Assembly: GCF_001194135.2 (NCBI RefSeq)
Contig: NC_068984.1
Location: 15,656,605-15,720,604, forward strand
Source: Octopus bimaculoides
Lineage: Eukaryota
Direction of reading: 5' to 3'
DNA: 64,000 nt
Made by a program: the position numbers and the translations under genes
In this document: positions 48,761 to 62,350 of the stretch, one piece after another
How the letters are laid out: each line of letters starts with the position of its first letter
Position numbering within the stretch: the stretch's first letter is position 1
Notes under the pieces: generated by a model
Database searches by the model: none
The model's input: only the letters and a program-made list of their open reading frames with translations
What the model was told of the DNA's origin: nothing

Positions 48761-51700
48761 TGTGCTTTCATTTGTAGGAAGAAGGTACTTTCGAAGTATA
48801 TGTGTAGAATGAATTTCATTACACAAGAGATCTGATTTTAAAAAATGGAATTTGAAGAAAGAAGTCAGGTGTATGAATTTTTCACTCATGCAATACGTTT
48901 GTAATATAGCTAATGTGTTGTGTATCCGGACGTTTGGAGAATATTTTTATCGCCCGCTGTGAACTTGGCGGAAGGAGCGGGTCGCTTGGCTACCAGACGA
49001 CATCCATGTGGGCAACTAGCAACTTGGAAGTGGGACGGACCGTGTGAGAAAAGACCACAAAGATACGTCTTGGCTGTGTAAGAGTGACTGTAGAGGTTTG
49101 TGTAAAAAGACACCGCCTTGTACCCTACATTGCTTGTCAGACAAAACAGTTTTTACTGAGATGTGATGAACAGTTTGTGAATGAAAGAAAGAAATAAAGA
49201 GATAGAGAGGAGTGGGGTAGGTTAGCAATATTCTAGGTCGAATTTGCTGCAGTCAGTTGCTATTTCGGTATATTTCTGGTTTTGCAAAAAATACGTCGGC
49301 TCGGAATAGTATCTTACTCATTCATACTACAAGGCGCATATTCTTCATACATTTGAGTCCTCCTTACGTATGTGGCATGGCGCATTTGTCGCATATTGTA
49401 AGACACGATACAACATCCAAATAAAAAATAATCGTCTGACAAAAGAAGCCACGACCGAAAATTTTAAATAATAATGATAATAATAATAATAATAATAATA
49501 ATAATGTTAGTGTAGCATGAGAAGAGTTCTCCTTGTGGAGCATTATTAGTCTCCTTTTTTTTTCTTTTCCGACTATATTTAACCAGTTTTTGTCAACTAA
49601 ACCACTACAAGTCTCCTTGAATATGAATATTTAACTTAGCTTCAACCACTTGCTAACTTGACAGTCACTCTGTCGCCTTCATTTATCCTTTCTTTCGATA
49701 CTACATGAATCTCTGCTTTCGTAAAGTTGTGTACTTGCTATCCAGTTACACCTCTCCTTTTCATAATAATCTCTCTTTCTTCTAGTCCCTACCGAACACC
49801 TTTCCAAGCCTTCCTACATGGGACTGCATTGTTTTCCTACAAAACTAGAACTTCAGGGAGTCTGCAAGTGCTTATGACACTTCTTGTCTCCAAACAGTAA
49901 CATTTAAAATATTACAAAAAGCTGCACGCCTTTTTTTAATACAGTTTATCTTTCTTAGTGTATAGCAGATAAAAGTTACATCAGCTTCATACTAGACCTG
50001 CAAATTACCTGTCATGATAAATGTTTTGTATTTACTACTCATAATCATCTATTACTGCGTTGATATACACTCGCCCAAATGGTTCCCGTATTGTTTTGAG
50101 CGTATTAAGATTTTAAACCTTTCAAAAGTGGAATAAATTATTTTGCTCTGAGGGATCTTTCAAATTTCCACTGGTGCAGTCAATTAGAAAAGCTCCAAAA
50201 TGAGTTTAAAATAAAAATATTGTACCTGGTTTACAAATTTTATTTCTAAGAAAATCCACAATCTCTTTTAACACCCAGCACACCCATAGCAGTCATTTGC
50301 CGTCACTCCTAGTGATTCAAAACTCTTAGATTAAGAACTACTTGGGTTATTCGGGCAGAACGGGGAGCTTTTAAGCAGTCTAGTGTAGAGGAATACCCAT
50401 TCATTTTAATTGGGTTTATGCATCATCTTTACAATGGTTTCAGTTAAATACATCTGGCAAACACGAGAATTAAAAGGAAATTATGTGTATCATTCACTCT
50501 GTTTCATAAGGAGAGTTATGCTGGTATATAAACTAATACATATGCAACTAAATGTTTACAGGAAGAGGGGTCCGTAAAAAGGGTTCAAGAACCGAGATGG
50601 AGGGGTCTGGTCTGATGGCTTGCAAATGCGTGTACTCAACTTAAGAGACTCAATGACCAGACAGTGGAGTTCAACCGAGTGGCGTTAAGCCAACCATCTA
50701 AAACTGTTCATACTGTAAGCAATACGCAGGGCTTGCTGAGTTTTTACTGTTCTAGAAAAAACACACATTTTGTTCTCGACGTCACCTGGTTTGTAAAAAT
50801 GGTGTCCGCCAAATCAGAAAGATCCAATTCAAGTTATATTCATGTCGCTGTTCGTTAAAACCTGCTCTCTACTGCATGAGTTAGCAAATTTATTAACAAG
50901 CCATCCACAACCCAGTTTTGATCGTAGCCATTTCAGTCACACCATCATATTATATATAGTTATAAAATTCCCAGTTTTCAATTTCTATAAATATTTCATA
51001 CATGGGGTATGAAATAAGAGCTATCAGTTTTTATTCTATTAAAGATTTAATTAAGTTCCTCATACTTCTAATAATCTTTATACTTTTCTCATGTCCTTTG
51101 TAGTTTGATCTGATCTTTTTTCTTCTTGAGAGCAAACTTCGAACCTGATGCAGTCATTCCATTTTATGTGACTAAGTCATAGGGCGCTAGAACATTTCAT
51201 TTTCTATTCAGCTAATGCTTCTATCAACTGCGAAGACGAAATATAGAGCTAATTAAATTCTAGGGGTCTGGGTTATTTGTCATGGTTAGTTTTAACGGCA
51301 GAGTAGAGAGGAATGATCACTTTTGGCTTCAGAAGTCCAATTTCGCTCCAATGGCTGCTTAAGATTTTTCAACGAGCGCGACTGTAATGAAGAACAACTA
51401 GCTGTACTCAGTGCTAAGAATAAATTTTGAATCACGAATGCTTTCTAACTGTTGGCAAGGGCCAGTGAGCGAACCTCTATACGGTCGCTTGACCTGCTTG
51501 AAATAACAGCCAAATCTACCCCAAATTGTATTTCCACAGTTTTAAAGAGAGATGGGCACATTAGATTATATATAAAAAAAAAGATAGGGTGTTCACAGCT
51601 GGCTTGTCTTTAGTCATATGTCTACTCTGGACTGACGTCGGAGAAGTCAAGAATAACAACGAGTGTAGAGAGTAAGAAAAATATCGAATGTATCCTCTCA

Positions 51701-52683
51701 TTGGCATCTATTTGTAATGATATGATTCCCGTTGTATTTATCTAAGATGGCTATATAAGCCTATTTTTTAACCAAAAAGAACGCTGACAAAACATAAGAA
51801 TTAGAGCACGACTGGGTCTAACATTTCTCGTTGTTGACCTGCTGACAGATGGAGACATTAACAAGGGCTGTAGACTTCATCCACACACATATATACCTGA
51901 CGGGCTTCTTCACGGTTTCCGTTTACCAAATTCACTCACAAGGCATTGGTTGGCCCGGGGCTATAATAGAAGACAGTTGTCCAAGGTGCCGCACATTGGG
52001 ACTGCACCTGAAACCACTTGGTTACAAAGCGAGCTTCTTAATCACACAGCCAGTGTTAAAAGTTTTAGTCTTCCTTGCATTGATGCCTCGGAATTCTTAC
52101 AGGACGAGTTGCTTCCTATTAATCTCTGTGAGTCGACATTCTTTGAACGAGGCCAGCTCATGGCAGCTTGTGATGTAAAACCAGCTTCCTTATTGAATTT
52201 GGTCCGATCAAGAATTTCGTTATTCGTAACCTGGTCAGTTATTTTCACCGCTTCTTCGTGTCTATGTGCGTATGGACAGTTTGTTTGATGTGTCTCTTCT
52301 GCTGATATTGTTCTGTATGTAACGTCCATGCCAAATTCAGCCTAGGATGCAGCCATCATGTTCAGTTCGCTTATTAGTGTTTAAGCATGGGTCAGCCCTG
52401 ATTGAATACATCTGTAATCAAAGGCGTTCTATCCATGACCATGTTATCTTATTTATTTTTCTAAGCGGAGTATATCTTGGAAAGTCCAGACGGTGAGGTG
52501 TACGTAATTTGAGGAAAAGTTGGCTGTTATTTCTAGCAAGTCGAGTGATCATGTAGACACTCTTCCTCTCGAACACTTAGACAAGGAACATGAAAACACT
52601 ATACAAATAGCACTGGTAAAAATCCCAAAAGAACTCTAAAGACAAGTGGTTATTAAAAACAGCTTTTAGTTTTAACGTCAATA

Positions 52684-52741
52684 ATTGGTAAAATATTGGT
52701 AAAATATTGGTAAAATATTGGTAAAATATTGGTAAAATATT
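52684..52741. repeat. 11-bp tandem repeat (attggtaaaat)x5
   Basis: Five perfect copies. Confidence 0.95.
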
Positions 52742-53032
52742 AAGACACAAGGATTACAACAGAAAGGTAAAAGCTTCCAAAACAAACTTTGTGTAAGATG
52801 GATGAAAGAACAATTGAATATAGTGAACCCACTAAAATCTGTAAGAGCTCTAATCCATTAAATTGAAATAAGAGCTGTTCTGTCTGTCAATGACTGAAAG
52901 CTTGAACTGAAGATATGAAAGAGAGATGAAATTCTTCCTAGCTTTGATTAATTTTACTGAGAAAGAACTGCTGGGTTCTCGATGTTATAGTTCACACCAT
53001 CAAACGAGCAAACGAGCCAGAGACCCTTTACA

Positions 53033-53286
53033 TAAGCGGTTCTCAACTATTTTTTACTCATGGATCCCTTTGATTCCCATTTTACTTGAGTGGACCCTCA
53101 TGGCCATTCGATGTTCAAAAAATCCCCATTATGTTTTTAGAATTAAATATTACTAGGAATTGCATTAAAGAATTAAGATATTTGGTGTATTGAAAAAAGT
53201 ATAAGCAATTTATTGCATATACATTCTAAGAAAAAAGTCTTATATGGACCCGCAAGGGTCATATTGACTCCGGTTGAGAACCACTA
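53033..53286. mobile_element. hAT (Charlie-like) MITE
   Basis: Ends gcggttctcaac / gttgagaaccact; near-identical 8-bp flanks ctttacat/ctttacaa. Confidence 0.75.
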
Positions 53287-54029
53287 CTTTACAAAGTCAA
53301 TCGATCTGTTAATAACAGCAACCAAATCTTCCTTAAGTCACACAACGTCTTAAAAAACGCTGGATAATATAATTCATGATAAAGAAAAAAAACAGGGTGG
53401 TCACAGTTGGAGCACCTTTGATCTCAAGTTTCCCTTGAAATAAAGGACATTGTTGAACGATTTAGTCCATGATATACAATATATGATGGCCACCGACTAG
53501 AACGTCTTTGATCATAGTTCTGGTGTATCAAGTGTTGCCTGGGGTTAAACAACTGATGAATAATATGACGCATACAAAAGCTTTAAATTCATAAACAATC
53601 ATCTCCATCGCTTCTTTGTGTATGTTTTGTATGTATATGTATTTCGTTGGTTGTGTGGTTATGCGTGTTTGATTGTGCGTGTATGTGTTTTGCTGTGTGT
53701 ATATGTATGTTTTGTTCGAACTGTTCCGTTTGAAAAAAAAAATTATTGAATAATTCCTTCCCTGTCTTTCTCAGCGGATGTCCTTTTTTTATATATTTGT
53801 CTTATTCGTCAAACATATCATATTTACTTAAACACATGTAATGTTGTGGAACGAACCACAGTTTTAACTTTTTCCCCCCATCTCCATCCTGCTTTAACTT
53901 TAACGTCTGCAACGCTTTGTATGGAGAAACAATTTCGAACAAGCAGACGACATAAGAAGACATTGGCGCTTGCTGACTCACTAGGTAGCGGAAGAAGGGG
54001 GAGGAGGGAGAAGGAAAGATGCAGTTCTT

Positions 54030-54621
54030 AACCTCCCCTCCCTCTTTCTCACTCACTCACTCTCCTCCTCTCACTCTCGTCACTCTGTCTAATCTCTCTA
54101 ACTCTCGTCACTCACTCTCTCGGTCTCTTTCTCCTCCTCCCTTTCTCTATTCCTCCCTCTCTTTCTTCATTTACTTCTTCAATGACGACAAAATGACTAA
54201 TGCCATCATATCCTGATAGCACATGCGTTTACACACACCATCGTTCATTCAAACAGGCTCTTGTCTGGTTTGTTGTACGCTCGCTCTCTTCTCTCTGTTT
54301 TTCACTGACAGATTAGACTGACAACTTTCAATCAGATGGATGCTTGTTAAGTCTTCTTAAGTTGGTAGCGAGGGAGAAAAAAAAGGGACGACCCAAACCA
54401 CCGGGATCCCATTCATCGGAATATTAATAATATATTGTATTTTTATTGTTGATTTGCTGATGTAGGACCATCGCTAGCTTCTTCGGAGTATTTACCGTTT
54501 CAGTTTCAACAATATACATTGTAAAAAAGATTAAAAAAAACATATTTATATATATATAGTTTTAATTTTCTTCGCAACGAAATGTTCATAGATCAGCTTA
54601 CAACATTTACTTTCATAAATG
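54030..54621 (+). promoter_or_regulatory. Candidate promoter and first exon ending ATG|GTAAGT
   Basis: CT-rich tract at 54030-54170, CpG-retaining unique sequence, consensus donor at 54622. The exon ends in ATG; ATG 54582 would give MFIDQLTTFTFIN, phase 1. Confidence 0.4.
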
Positions 54622-54984
54622 GTAAGTTCCGTCTGATTTCCAACTCTTAGAATTGTAATATCTTGTCTTTTTTTTGTTGTTCCTATTATATATCGTATGT
54701 GTGTGTGTTTAAATTGTACCCAGTTTTAATTAGGGAACATGTGATTTGTTTATGGTTCATTAAGGTTTTATTATGAAATGACTTGCTTCGAAGCATATCT
54801 TTCATGCGTGTTTCACATGATTGTTGAGGTCGTGTGTTCGTTTCTCTATAATTATGTATTTACATAGATTGTGTGTGTGTGCTCGCGTGGTATGTTCATG
54901 AATTTACAAACAAGCTTCATGATAAAGGAAACACCGAATAGGAACATTATTCTCAGTTCTACAATGAATTATCGGTTGAAAAAT

Positions 54985-55145
54985 TACCTTATCTATCTAT
55001 CTATCCATCTATCTATCTATCCATTCATCTATCTATCTATCTATCTATCCATTCATCTATCTATCTATCTATCCATTCATCTATCTATCTATCTATCCAT
55101 CCATTCATCTATCTATCTATCTATCTATCCTTTCTTTCTTTCTAT
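54985..55145. repeat. (ATCT)n/(ATCC)n microsatellite
   Basis: Seen directly. Confidence 0.95.
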
Positions 55146-55894
55146 CCACACACACACACACACACAGTGGATGTATCGAGCACTTTACCATAAATTCGTG
55201 GTTCTCCCGTTTTTTTTTTTTAAGCCAGGGTCTTTCTCTCTCTCCATAGACATATACATAAATTGATAATAAATTTATTATTGAGGTCGAATAATCTCGA
55301 TTTTGTGAATTATCTGAAGTAGAGCGTGTGTATATATGTATGTATGTATGTATTGACTGACATATAAAACGATTTAGATTCTATCAATCGCAGGAATATT
55401 TCTACGTCGATTCCTATTGTTTCCCGCCCCACAAGAATTAAATAACAAATTGTTATTTAAAGAAACGTTTGAAGGTGAAATTGCTTGGAGGAATTTGGCA
55501 CAGATTTATTTCTGTTGAATATCAACGAATGCAATGTGAAGACTTCACTGGCTAATAGAGAATATGATTCCAAATTGTATTATTGTATTATTCTATAAAT
55601 ATCTACTATTACTATAAATATCTTCACAGTAATGCTATACTTGTTTCTTCAAGCTGTTCCCCCCTCCCCCTGCTATGTCTTGATTGAATGGCACATCCGT
55701 TTTGTTGATCTTAATCGAACTAAATTGATGGATTCAAATGTCACACCAAGCTCTTTTGTCTCGTGTTTTTATTTTGGCTCTGTTGCTCTCGAGATCCATA
55801 TTAAATTTTGGGTTTACTGTCTTCCGAACTTTTTACTCTCCAGATGTTTTGATTTGCAGAATTTGTAATGTTTTATTATTTTTATCTTTTACAT

Positions 55895-56235
55895 TTCTTT
55901 TTACTTGTTTCAGTCATTGGACTGCGACCATGCTGGGGCACCGCCACGAGCGGTTTTAATTGAACAAATCGGCCCCAGTGCCTATTTTAAATCTGCTACT
56001 TATTCTATCGGTCTGTTTTACTGGACCGCTAAGTTACTGGGATGTAAACAAACCAATGCCGGTTGTCAAGCAGTTGTGGGGGACCAAGCGTGCATACATA
56101 TGTATATATGACATGCTTCCACACAGCTTTCTTCTAGCATAACTTAGGGCCGACCAATGCCTTGTGAGTGAATTTAGCAGAAAACACTTGCCCAGTGTGC
56201 CACGCATTGGAACTGAACCCAGAACCACGCAGTTT
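55895..56235 (-). mobile_element. tRNA-derived SINE
   Basis: Reverse complement of the 33762 family. Confidence 0.85.
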
Positions 56236-56316
56236 CATATTCATTTTTCTTTTAAACTGGATACTTCTTACTTTAGGGGATTAATGTACAACAAATCTGG
56301 TTTGGTTAATACAGAG

Positions 56317-56420
56317 CAGCGGTTCCCAACCTATTCACTACCAAGGACTCCTTTTATTTAAATGAGTTTCCCCACACCCCGCTTTTAATATGCTTATCCT
56401 TGTGTGTGTGTGTGTGTATG

Positions 56421-56459
<39 letters not shown>

Positions 56460-56519
56460 TTGAATTTAGTTTACAGACCCTCACTACTACCTTTGCGGAC
56501 ACCAGGTTGGGAATCACTG
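56317..56519. mobile_element. hAT-type MITE with internal microsatellite
   Basis: cagcggttcccaacc / ggttgggaatcactg. Confidence 0.7.
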
Positions 56520-58164
56520 ATGGATCTGCGAAGAGCAATGTTTATATATCTGGATTGACATTTTGCCTGACAAGTGAAGGTGTTTTAAAGATAATCTTCG
56601 TAGTATTTGAGATATTATTTGGCACAAAAACATAATAAATGGTTTTGGTGCAACCGATTGCATTCATGCATAACCATGTTGCGAATGCATTTGCACATTG
56701 ATGACTGAAGACTAACTCGATTTAAATGTTTTAAAAAAAAAAAGCGAAAGCGAAAACAACCCACTTTATAAACTTTACCGTGCTGCATGATATGTTTGGC
56801 TAAATTCTCGTGAATAACGAATATCTTACCATTCATGCTAAATGAAAATGAAACGTATATGCACATGCTCGAATATACACATGAGCACCAGTATGGTTAT
56901 GTAGGTATGATGTTTGTTTCACAATTCTATGGATCTGGGTTCGATTCCAATGCACCTTTGGTCAGTGTTTTGTTACATTATCTTCGAGTTGATCAAATCT
57001 TTGTGAGTGAAATTTGGATGTCGAAAATTATGCAGAATCCCATTATATGTATCTCCATTAGTGTAGGATGGCAGAATGAGTGTTTTGAGCAAAAATAGTC
57101 AGTGATTCCATATATATATATATATATATATATACACGTAGTGGAAGCGTGTTAGGTATGATCGTAAGATTCTGGTTTCGATTCCTGGACCAGGTGGTAT
57201 GTTGTGTTCTTGAACAAAACACTTATTTCATGTTGCTCCAGTCCACTCAGCTAGCAAAAACGAGTGTTCCTGCGAGAGAGGAATATATATATATATACGC
57301 CAAAGAAACCAGGTAACCGGACATACAAGTCTATATGACTTTGGAAGAAGCATTTTTCTTTTTTAAATATGTAAATACAAAGCATGGTATAATGATTTTT
57401 TTTTATTTCTGTAGTTAATTTGATACGTTATAGATTGGAAATGATTGATGAGGTGATTTCATGTGAAAATGTATATGACTATTCCTGGGTTGTTGACTCA
57501 GAAACATTGTAGTGGATGGTCCAACATTGAATTGGTTGGAATTTTTTGAGAATTGTCTTTCAGTTTAACTTATTTATTAATATTTGCAAGATTATTTTTG
57601 CAATAGTGATGGGTTTTTTGAGAAAAAAAAATATCCCTTGATAAGTCAGCTAGATATATGTAAGGCCGCTCTAAGATTTTCATAATTCTTTGTAGTGTGT
57701 AAAAACACGAGAACAAGTTTTTAGGTTCTTATCCACTAAAGTGACTATTGGCATAGTTAGAATTGGACTATCAGTTTACTTTATTAAAAAATGTTGGCGG
57801 CAATGCAAACAGACTATAGCAGTAGCTAGTGAAACTAGTTTGTTTGGTAAAGGAACTACTGCTCCATATACGAGTTTGGTTGGACAGTAGAATAAGTAAA
57901 CTTTTTGCGGGTAAGCATTTGTAGCAGTTGGCAGTCCTAGCTGTACATGAGAGAAGCTTTGATTTTTAAATTTGCTGCAAAGTGTTGACTGTTATGGTAT
58001 ATAGGCAGCCTAGGAAATTTAGAAGAGAGACACTCTTTTGAATGGATCCAAACTGTTGTATTTAATCAGTTGTTAGGGTTGTGTGCATGCCAGCCTTTGC
58101 AATTCATTTGTGAAGAAAAACATCATTGACTTGTCTTCTGGATTTACAATATAAATCACATTAA

Positions 58165-58360
58165 CCCTTTAGCATTCGGATTACTCTATCCAATGTAATG
58201 CTTATTCAATCACATTATTTTGAATTAATCATGCATTATCTTATAACTTTAAGGTTTCATATTTAGAATGACATTGTAGGGTAGGTGTGAGAGGCCAGAT
58301 CCAGTTTGAATATAAAACAGAATATTTGGGCTGCATATGGTTGGTTTGAATGCTAAAGGG
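58165..58360. mobile_element. piggyBac-type MITE
   Basis: TTAA|ccctttagcattc...gaatgctaaaggg|TTAA. Confidence 0.85.
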
Positions 58361-58879
58361 TTAATATACTGAAGTTGAAACCATCTCCCATATGTTGTTA
58401 ATGCTCTTTAGAAAAGTATAAACAGTGATGCAGAGTAAATCATTGTTTTACTTCAAATATAGCAATCCATAGATGTCAATATGTAGGTTTGAGCAAATAA
58501 ACCAACTAGATTCAAATGTACATAACTATATCGGATATCATGTGTGAAAGCTACCTGCACTTTTAATCAACAATACCAGGAAGAGTTCTGGGTCTCTCTT
58601 TATGCATCTTTCTTTATGTCTGGTTATTTAAGGAGGTTGACAACAGGTTTTAAAGTTTGAGAAAAACAGGCTGTTTGTAGGGCATTGAATATTGGTTTAT
58701 GATTAAGAGTGATTGCCTTTGTATACATCACTTCAAATTGTGCCTTTAGGATTGATCTACCATAGAGCATATTACCAAGAATTTCCTGTATTCATTTCTT
58801 CAGCATTTTCTATGTATCTGTGTGTGGAGATTTATGCTATTAATGATTCTTTTGAACCTTTGTAAGTTAAGATTTGCAG

Positions 58880-59420
58880 GAAAGATATGACCAAGTAGGA
58901 AATTCCAGTGGACGGAAGGACTAACTGTAGGGATTTATGTGAGGGCTAGCATTGGGTGGACACCATAGGGGCAATGAGAAGAAGAGAGACAAGCAGTACA
59001 GGAATATCTGAGTGTAAGTGACATAAGCCCAATGAAATCCATGGAGCAGAGGCCATTATAGTAGCAGCAGAGAAAGGGGACAAAATGCCTGTGGAGCAGG
59101 TGTTTGAGTGTTTGTGTGTGACTGTACAAATCAGTTGGGTGGCCCTTTTCCGGATGCAGTTGAGGGTGTCTATGTGTACAGCAGCAACATCATTTTCATT
59201 GTGGGCCTCACTTGTGCTTTGTAAAACATCTATAATTGTTGGGTGATGAAGAGAAGAGCCAGTTGTTGGGACGTGACCTTTGGTATTTTAATCATCAGAG
59301 GTAGATACTTGGTGATGATTGGACCCCAAAATGGAAGCAATTTTGAGGGCTCTAGTTAAATACATGGTGGAGAGCTAGAGTGCTGCTTTCTTGCTATTGA
59401 AATGGACAAGACTGGTATAT
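58880..59420 (-). pseudogene. Jockey/CR1-group LINE 3' fragment
   Basis: FYKAQVRPTM...LNCIRKRATQLI...QTLKHLLHRH...CYYNGLCS, same family as 47130. Confidence 0.75.
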
Positions 59421-61559
59421 TTCCATCAGAGAATACTTTCAAGGTTTCTGTTCATGGTGTCAGTGTGTATTTAGCATGTGATGCCTTGGTTGTGAATGGA
59501 GAATGTTAGGGAAGAAGGAGGTTATGTTTTTGCCAGCATTGGTTTGGGAAATTGGGCAATTTTCAGCGTGCATGTATATGGGTGGAAATGAGCTGCCTGG
59601 CAGAGGTCTGCGCTCTCCGAGTGCTTTTCGAGTTATATATATTTTTAAAAAAACGTCATTACCAAAAGATGAGTGAATATTCATTGTTCTAAAAATGACA
59701 CAATGTAACCATATTTCTTTTCAATTACCAGTAGTGGTCCAAATGGAGGGCCATAAGACAAGACACTAGACTAGCTTTTCTGTAATCCCTTAGCCATGGC
59801 AATCAATGTGGCCCTAGGGTTGGGGATGGGCTGCAGTTTAATGATGCAGTAGGAAAGTGAGCTGTGGTGAGAAGGTAAGAGGGAGGGGAGAGAGACAGGA
59901 AGTCAAGATTCACATTGATAAATTCAACTAACAAGTTCAACAAATTCAGTTTATTGTATAAATGCTTAAAAAATGTTTTGAATCAACCTATATTCACATG
60001 CACATACATTTGAGAGTCACGTATGCCTGAGTCAGTAAGGATATCAAACAATTATCCAGTCAATTAGCATTCTGTCATCATTAATATGGTACCATTTCCG
60101 TGTGGTGTTCCAACTTATCTATACTATAAAAGGCATCTTGTTATAAATAGAAACCACTGCTTGTGTACTTTTCTACTGTAAACTTCAGCAGCACTGTCAA
60201 ACTGGTGAGTGTTCTCTTTGGCTTGCAATGCTGAGTTCAACCCCTATCCTAGATAGGACCAGAAGAACACTTTAGAGTTCATTTATCTTAGCTATAGGCC
60301 AAAATATATAATGGAATCATACTAGACACCACAAGTTGATAAAGTTTTATATGTTGGCTGTGTGATTAAGAAGCTCACTATGCAATCACATGGTTTTGGG
60401 TTCAGTTCCACTATGCAGCACCTTGGACAAGTGGATTTTATTATAACCCTTGGTTGACCAATGCCTTGTGAGTGAATTTGGTAGATGGAAATTGTGAGGA
60501 AGCCTCTGTGTGTGTGTGTATGTATATACACACTGTGCTGGTACAGTCATGTAATGCATATGAATGAAGACAGTTGCATCAAGGAACCTGGGCAGCTCTT
60601 GTCAAACTGTCCAACCCATGCCAGCATGGAAAATGGATGTTAAACGATGATGATGATGATAAACACATATATATTTGTGTGTGTGTGTGTGTGTGTTTGC
60701 GTTTGTTCCCCACTATTCCTTGACAATTGGTGTTGTTTTATTCTTTTACCTGTTTCAGTCATTTGACTGCGGCCATGCTGGAGCACTGCCTTTAGTCAAG
60801 CAAATCGAACCCAGGACCTATTCTATCGGACTCCTTTGCTGAACCGCCAAGTTACGAGGACACAAACACACTAGCACCGGTTTTGTTTATATACTTGTAA
60901 CAAGTTAGTGAAGGCACATGGCTTAGTAGTTAGGATATTCAGCTCATGATCAGAAAGTTGTGAGTTCGATACCTGTTAGCATGTTGTGTCCTTGAGCAAG
61001 ATACTTTATTTCACGTTGCTCTAGTCCACTCATTAGGCAAAAATGAGTTGTAACTGCAATTGAATGAGTTAGCCTTGTCGCATTCTGTGTCATGCTGAAT
61101 CTTCATGCAAACTATGTTACGAGTACGTGTATGTCTGTGGAGTGCTCAGCCACTTACACATTAATTTCATGAGCAGAGTGTTTAGTTGATCAGACCAGCT
61201 GGAACTTTCATTGTCATAACTGATGGAGTACTAGTTAACAACTTAGCAGTTCAACAAAAGGGACTGATAGAGTAAATACCATTCTTAAGAATGAGTACTG
61301 GAGTCCTTTTGTTTGATTAAAACCTTCAGGGCGGTGCCCCAGCATGGCTGCAGTCCAGTGAATGGAACAAATAAAAGATAGATGTGTATGTGTGTGTATT
61401 TGTAAAAATGGGAAGTTGCTTTTTAAGATGTGTTGTCAAAATATGATTATAAGTTATTTTTGATATTTCCTTGATATGTTTTTTCGAAGAATAGTGATAG
61501 ATTTTTCATAGAATAGTGCAATAAAGATAAATCTGTTTTAAACATAAAAAGTGAGAATT

Positions 61560-61965
61560 TTATCATCATTGTCATCGTTTAACATCTACTTTCTGTGCTG
61601 GCAGTGGTTGGATGGTTTGACCGAGGACTAGCAATCCAGGAGGCTGCACTAGGCTCCAATCTGATCTGGCAAGATTTCTACAGCTGGATGCCCTTCCTAA
61701 TGCCAACCACTTCGAAAGCTTGGTGGGTGCTTTTTATGTGCCACTGGCATGGGGGCCAATCAGGTGGCACTGACATTGACCACGCTCGAATGCTGCTTGT
61801 TACGCGCCACCAGCACGGAAGCCAGTTAGGAGGCATTGGCATCAACCACACTCAAATGGTGCCTTTTACATGCCACTGGCATGTGAGCCAGTCAGGCAGC
61901 ACTGGCATCGACCACGCTCGAATGGTACATTTTACATGCAACCAGCACTGGCATCAGCCACACTT
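61560..61965 (-). mobile_element. RTE LINE 3' UTR with internal tandem subrepeats
   Basis: Matches 14443-14790; three copies of the tgccactggc...ggcactggcatcgaccacgctcgaatgg unit. Confidence 0.85.
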
Positions 61966-61992
61966 GAATTTTTTTTTTTTTTTGTGCCTTAG

Positions 61993-62043
61993 CACCTCAA
62001 GCAGCTCTAAGAATGCAGACATTATCTGTTGCACAGATATAAG
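61993..62043 (+). other. Candidate 51-nt exon
   Basis: Poly-T acceptor ...gtgccttag, donor aag|gtatgt; the phase-2 frame is open (TSSSSKNADIICCTDI). Confidence 0.25.
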
Positions 62044-62280
62044 GTATGTATTTTGCCTATATGCCAACTTGCTGTAGGATATAATTCTAGGAAAGCTCAG
62101 CACAGGGCACTGAGTGTCGAAGAACACTGAATGTCTCAGACAGGCAAGTCAACCTGCCCAAGGTGATCGAGGGCTGTCTTGCCTGTCTCAGGCATTCTGT
62201 TTTCTTTAACACTTGATGTTGTGTGGGATGCTTTCTCAGGATGCTGTCCTGCAGCAAGTTTATATATAGGCAAAACATAC
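62044..62280. repeat. ~240-nt imperfect hairpin
   Basis: Nested helices 62051-62062/62264-62275, 62066-62079/62247-62260 and 62138-62148/62178-62188. Confidence 0.85.
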
Positions 62281-62297
62281 ATTATGTATGTGCGTGA

Positions 62298-62350
<53 letters not shown>

